63,785 bases of DNA from a virus (Duplodnaviria > Caudoviricetes), in IMG/VR virus record IMGVR_UViG_3300032157_000216, positions 1 through 63,785 of that record; one strand, written 5' to 3'. A model generated the notes under the pieces. That model was given only the letters and a program-made list of their open reading frames with translations. It did not search any database and had not been told where the DNA came from. Below are positions 44,255 through 55,727 of this stretch, piece after piece (position 1 is the first letter of the stretch; each line of letters begins with the position of its first letter). Position numbers and translations under genes: made by a program.

Positions 44255-44678
44255 GACAGGCGTTGGTACAATCTTTGTTTCAACTAAAACACATCGAATT
44301 CTTTTAAATCTCCGGGCCCCACATAAGACACATTCTATGTGTTGGTCATTGTGGGGTGGAATGATTGAAAATGGAGAACAACCTAAGGATGCATTACTCA
44401 GGGAACTAACTGAAGAAATGGGAAGTGTACCTGATATTGAAAAGATTTATCCTTTTGACGTTTATCAAAGTAGAGATAAACATTTCAAATATTACTCATT
44501 TGTTAGTGTTGTTGAAGATGAATTTATACCAGTGCTAAATTCAGAAAGTTGTGGCTATTGTTGGATTGATCTCGGAGAGTGGCCGAAGCCGATGCATCAA
44601 GGTGCTAAGATAAGTTTCTGTAGTTTGAAATCTATCGAAAAGATTAAACTAATAATCAATCAACATCCTATCTCTTAA
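44217..44678 (+). CDS. NUDIX hydrolase
   Basis: Nudix box GGMIENGEQPKDALLRELTEEMG. Confidence 0.9.
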   Translation: MHQMEQQFTTTNKTGVGTIFVSTKTHRILLNLRAPHKTHSMCWSLWGGMIENGEQPKDALLRELTEEMGSVPDIEKIYPFDVYQSRDKHFKYYSFVSVVEDEFIPVLNSESCGYCWIDLGEWPKPMHQGAKISFCSLKSIEKIKLIINQHPIS

Positions 44679-45294
44679 CTTTGTAAACTATTTCAAAATC
44701 TGAACATTGTGCAAACATATCGGGTGTTAGCTTTTTATTAGCCACCACCATCTTTTCAAATTCTACAAAATCAGTTTTATAATTTGGTTCACCCGATAAT
44801 GCAAGACGAACAAGTTCTACACAATTAATTTCTTTATCACTTTTTAAATCAAATAGATTATCATATGGACGACCAAAATATGTTTTCGATCTGTCAAGTG
44901 CTGCGGTCCATTCATCAATTGTCATACTCTTCGGTTTAATAAGTGCAACAGCATCTACAGCACCAAATACCTCTTCAAAATTTGAATAACGAACGCCGGT
45001 TCCTACAGCTTCAATAAAACGATAATCATCATCTGTCTTAACAGTATCTTCGAGATTCATAAGTACATGACTATAAAATCCCCATTTCTGAGTTAAAAGA
45101 AAATTACCCAATACAATAAAAAATGTTGTCGCATAATTACTCTTTCGAGTTGCTATAACATAATAATCTTTTGCAAGTCGTTCCTTAAGAGCAATTTTAT
45201 CTTCTGGAGATATTGGGTGTTTTTGTTCCCAATGAAATTTAGTTAATAATTTAATAAACCAAATCTGTACTTTTTGAAAAAATGTATATTGCAT
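44668..45294 (-). CDS. Permuted papain-like (YiiX/YebB, NlpC/P60) amidase family protein
   Basis: YSHV, IEA, GRPYD, NCVELV and TPD, with His preceding Cys. Confidence 0.75.
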   Translation of the reverse strand: MQYTFFQKVQIWFIKLLTKFHWEQKHPISPEDKIALKERLAKDYYVIATRKSNYATTFFIVLGNFLLTQKWGFYSHVLMNLEDTVKTDDDYRFIEAVGTGVRYSNFEEVFGAVDAVALIKPKSMTIDEWTAALDRSKTYFGRPYDNLFDLKSDKEINCVELVRLALSGEPNYKTDFVEFEKMVVANKKLTPDMFAQCSDFEIVYKVKR

Positions 45295-45320
45295 GATATA
45301 CCTCCAGTGTTTTTATGCCT

Positions 45321-47720
45321 TTACGGTGAAATTTCCATTATAGTAAATCTACCAATATTTGCCGTGCCACCATATGCAGCGGTTCCTGGCGTACCCGGAA
45401 CCCCATTAATAGTAATTGCTTGAGTTGCGTTAGGTCCCATTCTTCCAGAATATGTCCTTACAGTGGTTGAACCTGAAACCTGTGATGTTATTACATTAAA
45501 TTGTCTTCCTTCACCTGTGTTTGTAGTCCAACCTACCATCGAAGCACCGATACAAGTTGTACCATTAAATGTTGCTACTGTGGTATATAAATCAGTTGTA
45601 CTGGCTGTTGAATAGAACCCTGTAGAAGTTATAACAATGGTGCTTGTTGCCAATATCGGTGTAAAAGCTTGTGTCCAAATTTGTGTACCTTCTGTTGATA
45701 AGGGAGCGGTATTATCAAATGGTATTATTGTTCCTGCTACAGGTGTAAAATTCGAGAAAGGTATATTTCCAATAACTTGTTGAATTACTGTTCCGCTAGG
45801 AACCCAAGCAGTTCCTGTATAAGTTTCATTTCTACCAATGGTTGTATTGAAACGCATCATTCCAACTGTTGGAACTGCCGGACGCTGTGCAGTAGTTCCA
45901 GTTGGTAATGTTACTGATCCTGTTCCCGGTAATACTGGATCAGTTGTTACACCAACTGTAATGGAACCGGCAGCATTGATTACTGAAATTGCTGTACCAG
46001 CGGTAACAGTTTTATATTCAAAGGCAGTTGCACCTGTATTCACACCAACAATTTGATTTGCTATTCCTAATGTTGTTAAATTTGTACCACCATTTACTAC
46101 AGGTAGTGTTCCAGTAACATGAGTTGTAAGTCCAATCTTTCCATAGCTTGGTGCTGCACCGACTCCACCCGAAATTAAAGCATTACCAGTAGCTACATCT
46201 GCTAATTTCGATAATGCTGTTGTTGTTGATGCAAAAAGAATGTCACCAATTACATATACAGTTTGTCCGGTACCACCACTAACGGCATTTAAAGTTCCTG
46301 TAATAGTTAAATTCGGTGTCGAAGTTGGAGTTGTAATTGTGTTCGTAAGTCCAGTCGTTCCTGCAGCACTTGTTACTGTTGTAACTGTTCCGCCACCACC
46401 CGTTGCTGAAATTGTTGGATTACCTGCAACTCCATCACCATTGGTAATAGAAATTCCTGCACCAGCAGTTAATGTTCTATTTGCAAATGTACCTACTCCT
46501 GTTTTTGTTATTATTCCTACAGGAAGAGAATCAAGACTAGAAACAAGTGAATTTTGAAGAAAAGTTAAATGATAATATTCATCAATTGTTCCGCCTTGTA
46601 ATCCACCAAGTTCATTGTGAGGTGTAACTGCACCTCCGGTAAAGACTACATTAAATGCGCTACTAATTTCTGCAAATGTTGCTGTATTTCTCTCAATAAT
46701 TATACGACCAAGAAGAACTGCTGTTAATAATGTGTTTGGTGGATTCGGCGGCGGTTGGCTTGCTTGAGAATTAACTAAACTTGTATTAGTTATACCATAA
46801 ACAACATTTAACCCACCATCTGATGACAGATAAATCCAATGAGTACCAAAGGCTTTATTACTGAGATTCGCAAGTCCTGTATTTGGATTATTATATTGTG
46901 CATTATTTATTTGTGTCTGTCCGGGAACAGAAACCCAAGTTGTTGGATTACTTCTATACCAATATGTAAATGTATCACCGGTGGCAGTATTTTTCGCTGA
47001 GTACGAAAGTCGATCAATTCCTTCCCAAAATACACCATCACTAATAGCAAAATTTCTTGTTCCCGTTGCAGATATTGCAGCACCACTTTCATGCTGGAAA
47101 GGGTTTACTGTCTGAAATCTATTAATTATACCGACAAACGAATTATCAAGTTTAAGACGTGTCCACTGATTAATTGTAAGTGTTGTTCCACTACGATATA
47201 CCTGCCCTATAATAACCTTATTTGCGGTAAAGTCGGGACCTGCAATAGCAACAATCCTAATATTTCCACCATTATAATCAACAAAGATATTATTTAATGC
47301 ATTATCAATTAATGGAACAACAGGTGTTGCAGGAAAATCTAAGAAAAACAAACGACTTAAGGTCGAATCAACTGGGTGAATCATTCCTGTTCCACCAGAG
47401 ACAGCAATTGTTCCATCACCATTATCGGTAAATTCACCGCCGGTAAATGTTCCACGAGATCCCATAATATCTATAAAGTTTTGTATAGTCTTATAGGTAG
47501 ATCCCGGAAGATATAATGCATCAGTATAATTAGTCCATTGAATTCCTTGGAATACTTCAAATCTATCTAGATCAGTATTATATCTAATTGTTCCATTAAT
47601 GGCCGCAACCGGACGTTGGGCAGTTGTTCCTATTGAAATTTCTAAACCACCTGTGCCACCAATGGTTAATACATTGGTGGCATCAGGTGTGATAGTTTCT
47701 GTTGTGAAATTAAAATCCAT
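45321..47720 (-). CDS. Virion structural / fibre protein
   Basis: MDFNF start shared with the next gene; GTTAQRP...G.IRYN repeats. Confidence 0.75.
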   Translation of the reverse strand: MDFNFTTETITPDATNVLTIGGTGGLEISIGTTAQRPVAAINGTIRYNTDLDRFEVFQGIQWTNYTDALYLPGSTYKTIQNFIDIMGSRGTFTGGEFTDNGDGTIAVSGGTGMIHPVDSTLSRLFFLDFPATPVVPLIDNALNNIFVDYNGGNIRIVAIAGPDFTANKVIIGQVYRSGTTLTINQWTRLKLDNSFVGIINRFQTVNPFQHESGAAISATGTRNFAISDGVFWEGIDRLSYSAKNTATGDTFTYWYRSNPTTWVSVPGQTQINNAQYNNPNTGLANLSNKAFGTHWIYLSSDGGLNVVYGITNTSLVNSQASQPPPNPPNTLLTAVLLGRIIIERNTATFAEISSAFNVVFTGGAVTPHNELGGLQGGTIDEYYHLTFLQNSLVSSLDSLPVGIITKTGVGTFANRTLTAGAGISITNGDGVAGNPTISATGGGGTVTTVTSAAGTTGLTNTITTPTSTPNLTITGTLNAVSGGTGQTVYVIGDILFASTTTALSKLADVATGNALISGGVGAAPSYGKIGLTTHVTGTLPVVNGGTNLTTLGIANQIVGVNTGATAFEYKTVTAGTAISVINAAGSITVGVTTDPVLPGTGSVTLPTGTTAQRPAVPTVGMMRFNTTIGRNETYTGTAWVPSGTVIQQVIGNIPFSNFTPVAGTIIPFDNTAPLSTEGTQIWTQAFTPILATSTIVITSTGFYSTASTTDLYTTVATFNGTTCIGASMVGWTTNTGEGRQFNVITSQVSGSTTVRTYSGRMGPNATQAITINGVPGTPGTAAYGGTANIGRFTIMEISP

Positions 47721-47735
47721 TAATTAACCCTTAGT

Positions 47736-50384
47736 TTAGTTTGTTACTTCAGTCGTTTGAACTGTTGCAACCCAATTAATTGTTTTAGCAGCTTCACCAG
47801 TAACCTGAACAGCTAATGCACCAGTAGTAAGATTTACAGAAACTGTTGCATCCCATGGAGTATCTGTTTCTCCAATGGTTGTCTTAGATGGTGTTCCGAC
47901 AAATGTTACAGATCCTGTGGTAGTATCTTTCTTTGCAACTCCGAGGAATTTAAAGCCGGCGCCGCCACCGACGTCGTCTGTTCTACGACCACCCACATAA
48001 ATGTCAAAGACAAATAATGAATTATCAGGAAGAACAATTTGTTCTGTGAGTCCATCAAGGAATAATTCAGTTATTGTGGCATCTGTTGTAGCATTACGCA
48101 AAACATAAATACCGTGTTGTGCGTCACCAGGTACGGCAAAACTACCATTTGCATAAGCTTTTTGCCCATAAATTCGTGCAAATGCGCCATCTCCCTCAGC
48201 AAAACTACCTGTAGCTTCAGCTGTTGAACCAGAACCTATTGCTACTGCATTATCGCCAGTAGCAGAAGGAGAAACAGGAGTTACAGGGTTTTCTTTGTAA
48301 AGTTGAATTGCACCGCTTATATCATCTATTGTTAATGCACGGAAGGTTGGTTCAGCATCAACTCCTGTTGCCGGTCCTGCAAATACAGTATTGGCTACCT
48401 GTGTAAGTAGAGTGATAGATGCTGTTACATCACCTGTTGTTGCTACTGTTGGAACAGTTGTATAAATCGGAACTACAGAATCATCTGTTAAGATTACCGA
48501 CAATACACCAGTGTTATTGAATGTTACTACATTAGCACCATGAACAACAGATATACCTGGACCAGCAGATAATGTTTTATATTCGGCTGCTGTTGCTCCA
48601 GCATTTACACCAAGAACTTGATTTGCAGTTCCAAGAGCTGTTAATCCAGTACCACCACTTGCCACATTTAATGTTCCGGCTAATGTAATCACACCTGCTG
48701 ACGTTACTGGTCCACCAGATGTTGTCAATCCAGTTGTGCCACCCGAAACATCTACAGAAGTTACTGTTCCAACATTTCCTGCTGTACTAATTGTAATTGT
48801 TCCAGGACCATTAGTAATTGTGACACCAGTGCCAGCAGTAAGCGTATTTGGCACTGGAGCAAGACCGGTGGCACCAATAAGTACCTGTCCATCTGTTAAT
48901 GCAACACTTGTTAAATCACCAACATCATCAATATAAACAATACTAAATGGATCAAATCCTGAAACATTTATAATTCCAGGAATTTCTAAAATAGCTGGTA
49001 AACTTAATGTAACAGCACCGGTTGTTGGTGATACATCAATTTGACCCGGTGTTCCTGTTACTGATAATACACCTGTATTAGCAATCGTAATTGATCCGGA
49101 GGCACTTGTAATTCCGATACCTGCTCCTTGAGTTAAGGCTGCTGGTACATATGCACCACTGGTCTGACCTATAAGTACCTGGCCTGCCAAAGGTGCTGTT
49201 GTAGTTCCTGTACCACCCAATGTAGTTAATACAGGAGATGTTAAAGAAAATTCAGTTCCAGTTAATGTTAATCCAGTACCTGCGGTATAAGTTCCTGCGG
49301 CGGAGAATTGAGACCAAACAATAGATGTGGTACCTATTGTAATAGGACCTTGAGTTATTTGAGCCCAGGATGTTTTTCCATTAAGTGTTCCAGATTCAAC
49401 AAAAACAAAAGCACCGACTAATTCATCACCTGTATCAGAATCAGAAGACCTAACCCATGCACCTGCTGCTGCATCATAAATACCATTTTCCGTATCATTG
49501 GTTTGATTCTTAACAAGTACACGATTACCAGCTACAAGAACAATACCATCAACAGTTAATAAACCACCTGTTACTAAATCAATGTTTCCATCTGCTGCTG
49601 TAGTTGCTGCTATTACAGCTTCTTTGAAATTAAATCCTTGTGCAACGGCATCAACATAAGCTTTATTTGCAGCATCTGTTCCTGCTGTCGGTGCATCAGG
49701 TAAAGTAACAACTGTTCCAGTAGACATAACAAGACTACCAGTCATTGTATCACCATCGACATTTACATAAATATCGTCAAGTATTGTAGTAATATCACCG
49801 GAAACAACCGCAGATGTTGCTGTTACACGACCAAAAGTATCAGTTGTAATTTTTACAAATGCATCTATTACTGGAGTTCCTACTGTAGCAAGATTTATTG
49901 TTGGATTACCTAAAGTACCATCACCATTTGTTACAACTATATTGCCAGCCGTACCGGTAATTGTTACTGGTATAACACCACCAGCACCATCACTTACAAG
50001 AATGCCTGCCGGGCTATTAACAATATCAGTAAGACTTTCATCTAATGTAAGTGTGATTGTACCAGAACTTGTGATTGGTGAACCAGTAACTGTTATTCCA
50101 TCTGGACTGGCGATCGCAACAGAAGTTACTGTTCCTCCACCCGATGTCGGTTGAACCCAAGCAGTTCCATTATAATATTCAATTACATTTGACTCAGAAT
50201 TGTATCGAGTCATACCCGCAGCAGGAACCGCCGGTCTTTCTGCTGTTGTTCCTGAATTAAGTTTAAGAGCACCAGTGCCGACAACAGTTAGGACACCAGC
50301 CTGACCACCAAGTGGTGGAAGTGTTGTTACATCTAAGGTTTGAAGCCCACCACTAATCGTACCCGTATCAAAATTGAAATCCAT
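47736..50384 (-). CDS. Virion structural / fibre protein
   Basis: GGTVTSV repeats, AANKAYVD and RVLVKNQ..ENGIY module. Confidence 0.75.
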   Translation of the reverse strand: MDFNFDTGTISGGLQTLDVTTLPPLGGQAGVLTVVGTGALKLNSGTTAERPAVPAAGMTRYNSESNVIEYYNGTAWVQPTSGGGTVTSVAIASPDGITVTGSPITSSGTITLTLDESLTDIVNSPAGILVSDGAGGVIPVTITGTAGNIVVTNGDGTLGNPTINLATVGTPVIDAFVKITTDTFGRVTATSAVVSGDITTILDDIYVNVDGDTMTGSLVMSTGTVVTLPDAPTAGTDAANKAYVDAVAQGFNFKEAVIAATTAADGNIDLVTGGLLTVDGIVLVAGNRVLVKNQTNDTENGIYDAAAGAWVRSSDSDTGDELVGAFVFVESGTLNGKTSWAQITQGPITIGTTSIVWSQFSAAGTYTAGTGLTLTGTEFSLTSPVLTTLGGTGTTTAPLAGQVLIGQTSGAYVPAALTQGAGIGITSASGSITIANTGVLSVTGTPGQIDVSPTTGAVTLSLPAILEIPGIINVSGFDPFSIVYIDDVGDLTSVALTDGQVLIGATGLAPVPNTLTAGTGVTITNGPGTITISTAGNVGTVTSVDVSGGTTGLTTSGGPVTSAGVITLAGTLNVASGGTGLTALGTANQVLGVNAGATAAEYKTLSAGPGISVVHGANVVTFNNTGVLSVILTDDSVVPIYTTVPTVATTGDVTASITLLTQVANTVFAGPATGVDAEPTFRALTIDDISGAIQLYKENPVTPVSPSATGDNAVAIGSGSTAEATGSFAEGDGAFARIYGQKAYANGSFAVPGDAQHGIYVLRNATTDATITELFLDGLTEQIVLPDNSLFVFDIYVGGRRTDDVGGGAGFKFLGVAKKDTTTGSVTFVGTPSKTTIGETDTPWDATVSVNLTTGALAVQVTGEAAKTINWVATVQTTEVTN

Positions 50385-50396
50385 TTTACATTTTCC

Positions 50397-51638
50397 TTAG
50401 TTTGTAATTTCTACTGTTTCTACCAATGCGAGCCAACGAATTATTTTAGAATTTTCCCCAGTAACAAGTATTCTAAGTGCTCCATTTACAGTATTAGCAT
50501 TTATATTTATATCCCAACTTGGATTTGACTCCGCTAACACTATTTTATTCACCGCTCCTTGAATTGTTGTTGTAGCTACACCCGAGCCTCTGTAAATAAC
50601 TCCAGAGGCTGTGTACCCTGCATGACCATCTCCTAAATCTGTCCTGTGTCCTGTTACGGTAATTTTGAAGGTCCAAGTTGAATTATCAGGTAAATTCAAT
50701 CGTACCGTACCACCAGTTCCATCAACAAAAAGTTCTTGTGGAATATTACTAGTGGTATTACCACGTAATAAATATCGACCAGTTTGAGCATCACCGTTAT
50801 TAGAAAATCTTCCACTAGCTTGAACTACGCCACCCGGTGTTCTAGCCAATGATTGAAGCCCAATAGCAAGCGAACCTTGTGCAGATGTTGCTGTTTCTGC
50901 TCCTGAACCTATTGCTACAGAATTTGTTGCGGCCGCTACAGGTGCTGTAAATCCATTAATCTTTTCATCATATAAATTAGCCTTGGTTGCTACAACCGCC
51001 CAAACAGCACCATCATAAAAATAAATTCCATCACCATTAGTAACCGCACGATCAATGTAAATCGCACCTAAGGTATCAGTTCCTGTAGGAACTCCCGAAC
51101 CTTCTCTGATACTCGGAGCACCACCTGCATTGATAACTTGCAAGGCATTCGTGACATTTCCTAAACCTACTTGTGATGGCGTAATAGAAATGCTAGAGGT
51201 AGATGCAGAAGTTATTATTCCTTTGTCATTTACTGTAAAAACTCCTACGGCTGAAGATGATCCGTATGTTGCTGGAATCACACTCGATAATGGAAGATCA
51301 ATATCAAAGGTTCCATCGATTGTGATTGGGCTCGGAGTCCCCGAAATAGAAATACTAGATCCTGAACTAATAAGTCCAATTGATGTTACAGTTCCACCGC
51401 CGCCGGTAACAGGAACCCATTCTCCATCTGAGCGTAAGAAGTTAGTTTGGACTGGGCCTGCTGCAGGAACAACACCGGGTATTGTAGATGAGAAACCATT
51501 TACAGTTACTAGAATATTTCCAGAACCGGTAATAGGACTATTGTCAATAATCAATGAGTCTGCATTAGTGCCGGCTGTGATAACTCCAACCGAAGTTACA
51601 GAGCCAGCTTTTAATAATTCGCTAACCTTAATTGCCAT
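50397..51638 (-). CDS. Virion structural / fibre protein
   Basis: C-terminal domain paralogous to that of 47736-50384. Confidence 0.7.
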   Translation of the reverse strand: MAIKVSELLKAGSVTSVGVITAGTNADSLIIDNSPITGSGNILVTVNGFSSTIPGVVPAAGPVQTNFLRSDGEWVPVTGGGGTVTSIGLISSGSSISISGTPSPITIDGTFDIDLPLSSVIPATYGSSSAVGVFTVNDKGIITSASTSSISITPSQVGLGNVTNALQVINAGGAPSIREGSGVPTGTDTLGAIYIDRAVTNGDGIYFYDGAVWAVVATKANLYDEKINGFTAPVAAATNSVAIGSGAETATSAQGSLAIGLQSLARTPGGVVQASGRFSNNGDAQTGRYLLRGNTTSNIPQELFVDGTGGTVRLNLPDNSTWTFKITVTGHRTDLGDGHAGYTASGVIYRGSGVATTTIQGAVNKIVLAESNPSWDININANTVNGALRILVTGENSKIIRWLALVETVEITN

Positions 51639-51682
51639 ATTATGCTAAATCTCCATTATTGTCAGGAAATGCCATAGATAGG

Positions 51683-52237
51683 TTACCATGGTGTGGTTCC
51701 CGCCGGGCTGAACAGTGGTGCCATGATCGAAACAACTTTGGGTGAATAGCACGTGGCAAACGGAAAGTAAGTGCCTGCCGCTAATACCACGGTGCGTTTC
51801 TCCACGCCATCGAGATATAGAGAAGTCGTGTTGGTGCCGAAGTTAAACGATACTCCCACCCGAACTGCTGCTGGTCCGTAGACAGATCCAGCATTAAACG
51901 AGCCGGTTGATCCGTCCCTATAATAAAAACCACCGGGCGAAAACAGGACATAAGTTCCACCCTTCGTAGTTTCCAAGCCATTACCCAACGCCGTGGTGGC
52001 GGTGCAAATGCCTACACCTAAATTGTTATTGGAACCGTCAGCGTCGGTGGCGAATTCTATATAAGGCCACCCCGAACTTTTCGTTCTGATACCTTTCACA
52101 CAGTTATTCGTAGACGCACCCCCGGTGGCAGTAGTATCTCCGTTACTCAAACTTAAATTGATACCTTTGTTTGCCGGGTCCCATGTATTGAGTGCTACTA
52201 TCGGAGTAAACCTGTATGGATTAACAATCATCGACAT
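51683..52237 (-). CDS. SPRY/concanavalin-like domain protein
   Basis: TWDPANKG..LSLSNG, SSG..Y.E, VGV, Y..G and YFP pattern. Confidence 0.6.
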   Translation of the reverse strand: MSMIVNPYRFTPIVALNTWDPANKGINLSLSNGDTTATGGASTNNCVKGIRTKSSGWPYIEFATDADGSNNNLGVGICTATTALGNGLETTKGGTYVLFSPGGFYYRDGSTGSFNAGSVYGPAAVRVGVSFNFGTNTTSLYLDGVEKRTVVLAAGTYFPFATCYSPKVVSIMAPLFSPAGTTPW

Positions 52238-55200
52238 TTAAACGTTTCCTATCAGAGTAACTTTCAAACCTTTGGCCGTACCATCTCCAACTTGATCAAC
52301 ATCTATAGTCATTTCATCATCATTTGCAAGGGCTGTTATTGAAAGCACTGGAAGTATAGCTGCTGTAAAACTAGTTTTTTCAGTATTATCTATTGTTAAT
52401 TTCGTACTAAAAACTGTTGTTCCATTTTGTTTTACATTCATTGTTAAGATTGTTCCACTAGTTTGAGCTGTAGTCAATGACCCACGAATAGATGTAAGCG
52501 TCATTGCATACGGCATACGGAAAGTTACCTTTGCAGTTCCAGTTGTAATTGCAGTTGTTTCATCACCACAAGCTACAATTATGGAATTTTTAATTAATTG
52601 ATCACCGGTATTTGTACCTGAACTTGATCCGCTAAAGTTACTTGCAGTTAATGTACTGGTAGATGATAAGGTTCCTGTCACTGCAAGACCGGCAGATGTC
52701 CATCGAGATTTTTCTACACCACCAATAGACATTGTTACATTACCAGCAGAGGGAAGAGCTAAACCAGAGGTAGTTTCGCCACTAAATGCATAACTTGGAA
52801 TAGCTATAGATGGTCCACTAGCACGCAACTTTCCAATAACTATTGTATCCCCGCCATCCCACCTCATAGCTTCTGAACCACCTGTAGAAATACTTACAAT
52901 ATTGCTTGCACTAGCATAAAGCCCGGTATTGGTACCACCTGTAAAAGCATATGTTGGTGCTGAATTTGTACCATTTGGTCCTCTAAAAGTTCCAAGTGTA
53001 ATAATATTGCCAGAAGCATCAAGTCGAAGTCTTTCTGTACCATTAGTAGTAAAACTAATAACATCTGCAGAATTCCAATACATACCTGTATTTGGATCAG
53101 TAGTAAAAGATAATGATGGTGCTGATACGGAACCAGCACCTAAAACAATATTTCCACCATTAGTAGGTGTTAAATCAATCCAACTGCCATTACGAATATA
53201 TAACTTATTATTTGTGGTGTCATAAACTATCGGAACATTACCAGTCAGACTCTGGGCCGGGGTGCCGGTAGGAGCGCCAGCGACAGTCGGAATTTCAAAA
53301 AATCCTCCAATAGCAGCATTAGCTAGAACAACACCTGTTCCATTAGCATATATATTTCCCCGAGCGGAAGTACCTGATCCTCCTGTAAACTGAATAGCAC
53401 CACCAAAAGCAGAACTACTTGTGCCTCCCACGATTGTCACAAGTCCGCCATTACCGACATTATTATTTGTTCCACCTTGAATTGTTACAATTCCAGGAGT
53501 GGAACCGGCCTGTCCTCCTTGAACTGTAACATTTCCTCCGGTTCCACTAGTACCAGCACCACCACCCAACAATGTTGCGGTACCACCAGAAGACGTTGTA
53601 TTAAGGGCATCGCCACCCCTCAATATGGCGGTACCACCAGGTCCGCCACCTGCATTGCCATTTCCACCAGAAAGAGTTATATTACCAGCATTGAATCCTG
53701 CGCCGCTTTGACCTCCTCTTACAATCGTATTACCACCTGCACCAGTGGCTCCACCTGTACCACCTGTAATAGTCACCCCGCCTCCAGCGTTGGCACTGGT
53801 GCTCGATGTTCCACCCGTTACAGTCGCATCACCACCTTGTGCTGCATTTGTACCTTGAACTGCTGTAGGAACGCCGGCACCTCCCGATGTATCAATCCAA
53901 GCTGTATTACCAATATTACGAATATATAACTTATTACCAGTTGAATCGTATATCATCGGTACTTGGCCGACGGCAAGATTTGCCGGGACACCAGTCGGAG
54001 TACCTGCAACAGCTGGAATAGTAATAAATCCACCGGTAGTGGTAGTTGCTAATGTACCACCAGATATACCGCCTATGTTTACATTTCCTCTTACACCACT
54101 AGATGCAGGAGCACCACCAAAAATCGAAATATTTCCGCCAACACCTGTCGTGCCGCCACCTTGTCCAGCAGTTAAAGTTATATTTCCTCCCGACGAGTTA
54201 GTACCACCAGTTCCACCAGTTAGAACTATATTACCGGCAGGACCTGTTCCAGATGCACCTGATGTAAGAATATTAACATGACCACTTGAACTTGCTCCAG
54301 TTCCCGATGGACCGCCTTGAAGATAAAGTGAACCACCTGTTACTGTAGACACAGAATTTCCGGGCTGTATAAATAAATCCGATACATTATTACCACTACC
54401 ATCCGGTGTTATTATTCCAGCAATTGACCCTGGAACACCTAATATTAGTCTGCCTCCTGCCGGTACCTTATTAAAAGAAAATCTTGCATCACCGGCAAAT
54501 ACACCACCATCATTAAACTGAACGTTTGTATTAGCACCACCTGGCGTACCTCCGCCGCCGGTTCCACTTGATGCTGCGGTAATTAATCCTTTCTCATTAA
54601 CAGTTATAGTTGCATTTGTAAATGTTCCTACATTTGCATTTGAATTTTTAAGAATTGTCGGAACTGTGCCTGTGCCTGTGCCTGTTACATCACCTGTTAA
54701 TGTAATTGATGATATACTAATATCATTCCAGAGTACCGGTAAACCGGGTCCCGCTGAAGTTAATACCTGCCCAGCAAGACCTGGATCTTCATCGAGTTCT
54801 AATTCACCAGTATTAAGAAGACCGAAATGTATAGTTTCGTTTACATCATCGGCCTTAATAAAAAATGAACCAGCCAATTGAAGTGTTGAATTATTACCAA
54901 CTATTCTTCCTCTAAGGTAGGCTGAATAAATTGCCGGATCCCTAACATTTTCATTATTGACAATAAATTGATCTTGTAGATCTCCACCACCATTTATTGC
55001 CTGTTGTCTGCCAGCTTGATATCCAATAAGTATATTGTTATCTCCGGTTACAACATCTCGACCAGTTTCTATACCAACAAAAACATTATTACTACCTGTT
55101 GTAGCATTACCACCAGCAAGTGCTCCAATTATAACATTTCCTGTACCACCCGAAAAGTTAACTCCTGCACTCGGACCAACAAAAATATTCTTATTACCAC

Positions 55201-55633
55201 TAAGTGAATCTATAAATATGTCGCTGACAGAAAATCTATCAGTTGAGTTTAACTGAAATGTAATTTGATTACCATTTATTATTAAATCTTCAGGATTTGC
55301 ATCTATTACTGCTGTACCAGTTCCTTCAATAATCAGCGAAGGTGTATGTATAATTAAATCTTCACCGTCAGTGTCAATAAATGCTGTTCCGGCAGCTTCA
55401 ACTGACATAGTTCCTGTATTAGGATCAAATTGAAATCTTGGATCTGATGTAATTCCAAGTCCAGTTCCAAAAGCAACCTCATTTAGTGGTAATACTCCAC
55501 CCCCACCACCAGATCCATTTGTTGCCGCAGTAATTCTACCTGCAGAATCTACAGTAAGGTTGGCCGATGAATAACTTCCCGGTGTAACTCCAGTATCTGT
55601 TAACTGATTACTTTGAATTTTTTGTTGTGCCAT
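52238..55633 (-). CDS. Gly-rich fibre / virion protein
   Basis: GG.I.L.GG repeats and APS.SF..D.NTG.Y repeats. Confidence 0.75.
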   Translation of the reverse strand: MAQQKIQSNQLTDTGVTPGSYSSANLTVDSAGRITAATNGSGGGGGVLPLNEVAFGTGLGITSDPRFQFDPNTGTMSVEAAGTAFIDTDGEDLIIHTPSLIIEGTGTAVIDANPEDLIINGNQITFQLNSTDRFSVSDIFIDSLSGNKNIFVGPSAGVNFSGGTGNVIIGALAGGNATTGSNNVFVGIETGRDVVTGDNNILIGYQAGRQQAINGGGDLQDQFIVNNENVRDPAIYSAYLRGRIVGNNSTLQLAGSFFIKADDVNETIHFGLLNTGELELDEDPGLAGQVLTSAGPGLPVLWNDISISSITLTGDVTGTGTGTVPTILKNSNANVGTFTNATITVNEKGLITAASSGTGGGGTPGGANTNVQFNDGGVFAGDARFSFNKVPAGGRLILGVPGSIAGIITPDGSGNNVSDLFIQPGNSVSTVTGGSLYLQGGPSGTGASSSGHVNILTSGASGTGPAGNIVLTGGTGGTNSSGGNITLTAGQGGGTTGVGGNISIFGGAPASSGVRGNVNIGGISGGTLATTTTGGFITIPAVAGTPTGVPANLAVGQVPMIYDSTGNKLYIRNIGNTAWIDTSGGAGVPTAVQGTNAAQGGDATVTGGTSSTSANAGGGVTITGGTGGATGAGGNTIVRGGQSGAGFNAGNITLSGGNGNAGGGPGGTAILRGGDALNTTSSGGTATLLGGGAGTSGTGGNVTVQGGQAGSTPGIVTIQGGTNNNVGNGGLVTIVGGTSSSAFGGAIQFTGGSGTSARGNIYANGTGVVLANAAIGGFFEIPTVAGAPTGTPAQSLTGNVPIVYDTTNNKLYIRNGSWIDLTPTNGGNIVLGAGSVSAPSLSFTTDPNTGMYWNSADVISFTTNGTERLRLDASGNIITLGTFRGPNGTNSAPTYAFTGGTNTGLYASASNIVSISTGGSEAMRWDGGDTIVIGKLRASGPSIAIPSYAFSGETTSGLALPSAGNVTMSIGGVEKSRWTSAGLAVTGTLSSTSTLTASNFSGSSSGTNTGDQLIKNSIIVACGDETTAITTGTAKVTFRMPYAMTLTSIRGSLTTAQTSGTILTMNVKQNGTTVFSTKLTIDNTEKTSFTAAILPVLSITALANDDEMTIDVDQVGDGTAKGLKVTLIGNV

Positions 55634-55687
55634 ATGGTAAACCTATTGTTTTCTATATTTATCAAAAATACAGAAATAAAGGATTCA

Positions 55688-55713
55688 CAAAAAAAGGCCC
55701 GAAGGCCTTTTTT
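55688..55713. terminator. Bidirectional Rho-independent terminator
   Basis: A run-GGCC-CGAA-GGCC-T run. Confidence 0.85.
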
Positions 55714-55727
55714 GAAGCATATTAAAA

